DNA from: an uncultured delta proteobacterium
Lineage (GTDB): Bacteria; Desulfobacterota; Binatia; JACPRU01
Direction: 5' to 3'
Assembly: GCA_963712515.1 (NCBI GenBank)
Contig: CAVQIG010000017.1
Coordinates: 79,958-143,957, forward strand
DNA length: 64,000 nt
Below are positions 63,708 through 64,000 of this stretch, in pieces. The first letter of the stretch is position 1. Each line of letters opens with the position of its first letter. The position numbers and the translations under genes are program-made. The notes below the pieces were generated by a model. The model saw only the letters and a list, made by a program, of their open reading frames with translations. It ran no database searches and was not told the DNA's origin.

Positions 63708-64000
63708 TCACCTCGCTTTCGCGATCTGCTCCTTGGCTGCCGCGATGATGTTCTCGGGGACGAAGCCGAACTTTTGCTGCAATTCCTTGAGCGGCGCCGA
63801 GGCGCCAAACGTCTCCATGCCGATGACTGCGACCGTTGCTCGCCGACGTACCGCTCCCAGCCGAGGGTGGAGGCTAATTCCACCGACACGCGTGCAGTGA
63901 CGGACGGCGGCAGAACCTGCTCGCGATACTCGGGATGATCGCGGCTGGTGCTCGAACAACTCCCACGACGGCATGCTCACCACTCGGGCCTGTGAATCCC
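63708..64000 (-). CDS. tkt: Transketolase, 3' end only (gene continues beyond window), frameshift near 63840
   Basis: C-terminal sequence …[43 protein letters not shown] matches the Tkt C-terminus. The preceding segment …[12 protein letters not shown] is in another frame (ORF 63677..63889). Confidence 0.7.
   Translation of the reverse strand, partial: DSQARVVSMPSWELFEHQPRSSRVSRAGSAAVRHCTRVGGISLHPRLGAVRRRATVAVIGMETFGASAPLKELQQKFGFVPENIIAAAKEQIAKAR

Noticed and set aside
1-64000. Search for CRISPR arrays, tRNA/rRNA genes, integrases and transposases
   Set aside because: No spaced direct-repeat arrays, no tRNA-like cloverleaf-compatible segments with T-loop consensus and no recombinase or transposase motifs were found by eye. 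Apart from the 88-bp pair and the coding low-complexity tract, I saw no repeats.

Overview
High-GC (~67%) bacterial chromosomal segment with about 50 protein-coding genes on both strands. I found no rRNA, tRNA, CRISPR array, transposase or integrase.

Content, left to right:
- A SnoaL-like protein (partial), a Zn-dependent alcohol dehydrogenase, a phasin and a PPK2.
- A GNAT acetyltransferase upstream of a SulP/STAS transporter.
- Two large convergent carbohydrate-active genes: a GH15-like (alpha/alpha)6-barrel enzyme with two discoidin-type domains, and a GH94-like glycoside phosphorylase.
- A fusaric-acid-type tripartite efflux operon: AaeX/DUF1656, HlyD, FUSC and a NodT-family outer membrane factor (OMF).
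- A lower-GC two-gene module: an N-terminally anchored membrane protein plus a periplasmic OB-fold protein of the YgiW/BOF (bacterial OB-fold) family.
- A VIT-like membrane protein, a DUF389 protein, an SH3-domain lipoprotein, and a second (RND-type) tripartite efflux operon.
- A carbohydrate/central-carbon block: malQ, rpe, a transaldolase with a C-terminal EF-hand pair, sthA, class I fba, phosphoketolase, a histidine phosphatase, ackA, glgX, glgP, pgm and the 3' end of tkt.
- Accessory genes: a SET-domain protein, a muconolactone-isomerase-like protein, a GST, an MFS-ABM fusion, a TerB-like protein, a beta-carbonic anhydrase, a Gly/Tyr-rich secreted protein and an amidase.

Striking observations:
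- At least 16 genes carry frameshifts, several of which sit in homopolymer runs, so most are probably sequencing indels rather than real pseudogenes.
- Several true gene remnants are present: internally deleted glgP and glgX paralogs, 5'-truncated aminotransferase and dehydrogenase fragments, and a duplicated 88-bp 3' gene fragment.
- The 88-bp imperfect direct repeats (12309..12396 and 18514..18601) bracket the fusaric-acid efflux operon plus the low-GC module, as in a small integrated islet.

I do not see a classical defence or mobile system. The most unusual items are the repeat-flanked islet, the two-gene module, the EF-hand transaldolase fusion, the SET-domain gene and the Gly/Tyr-repeat secreted protein.
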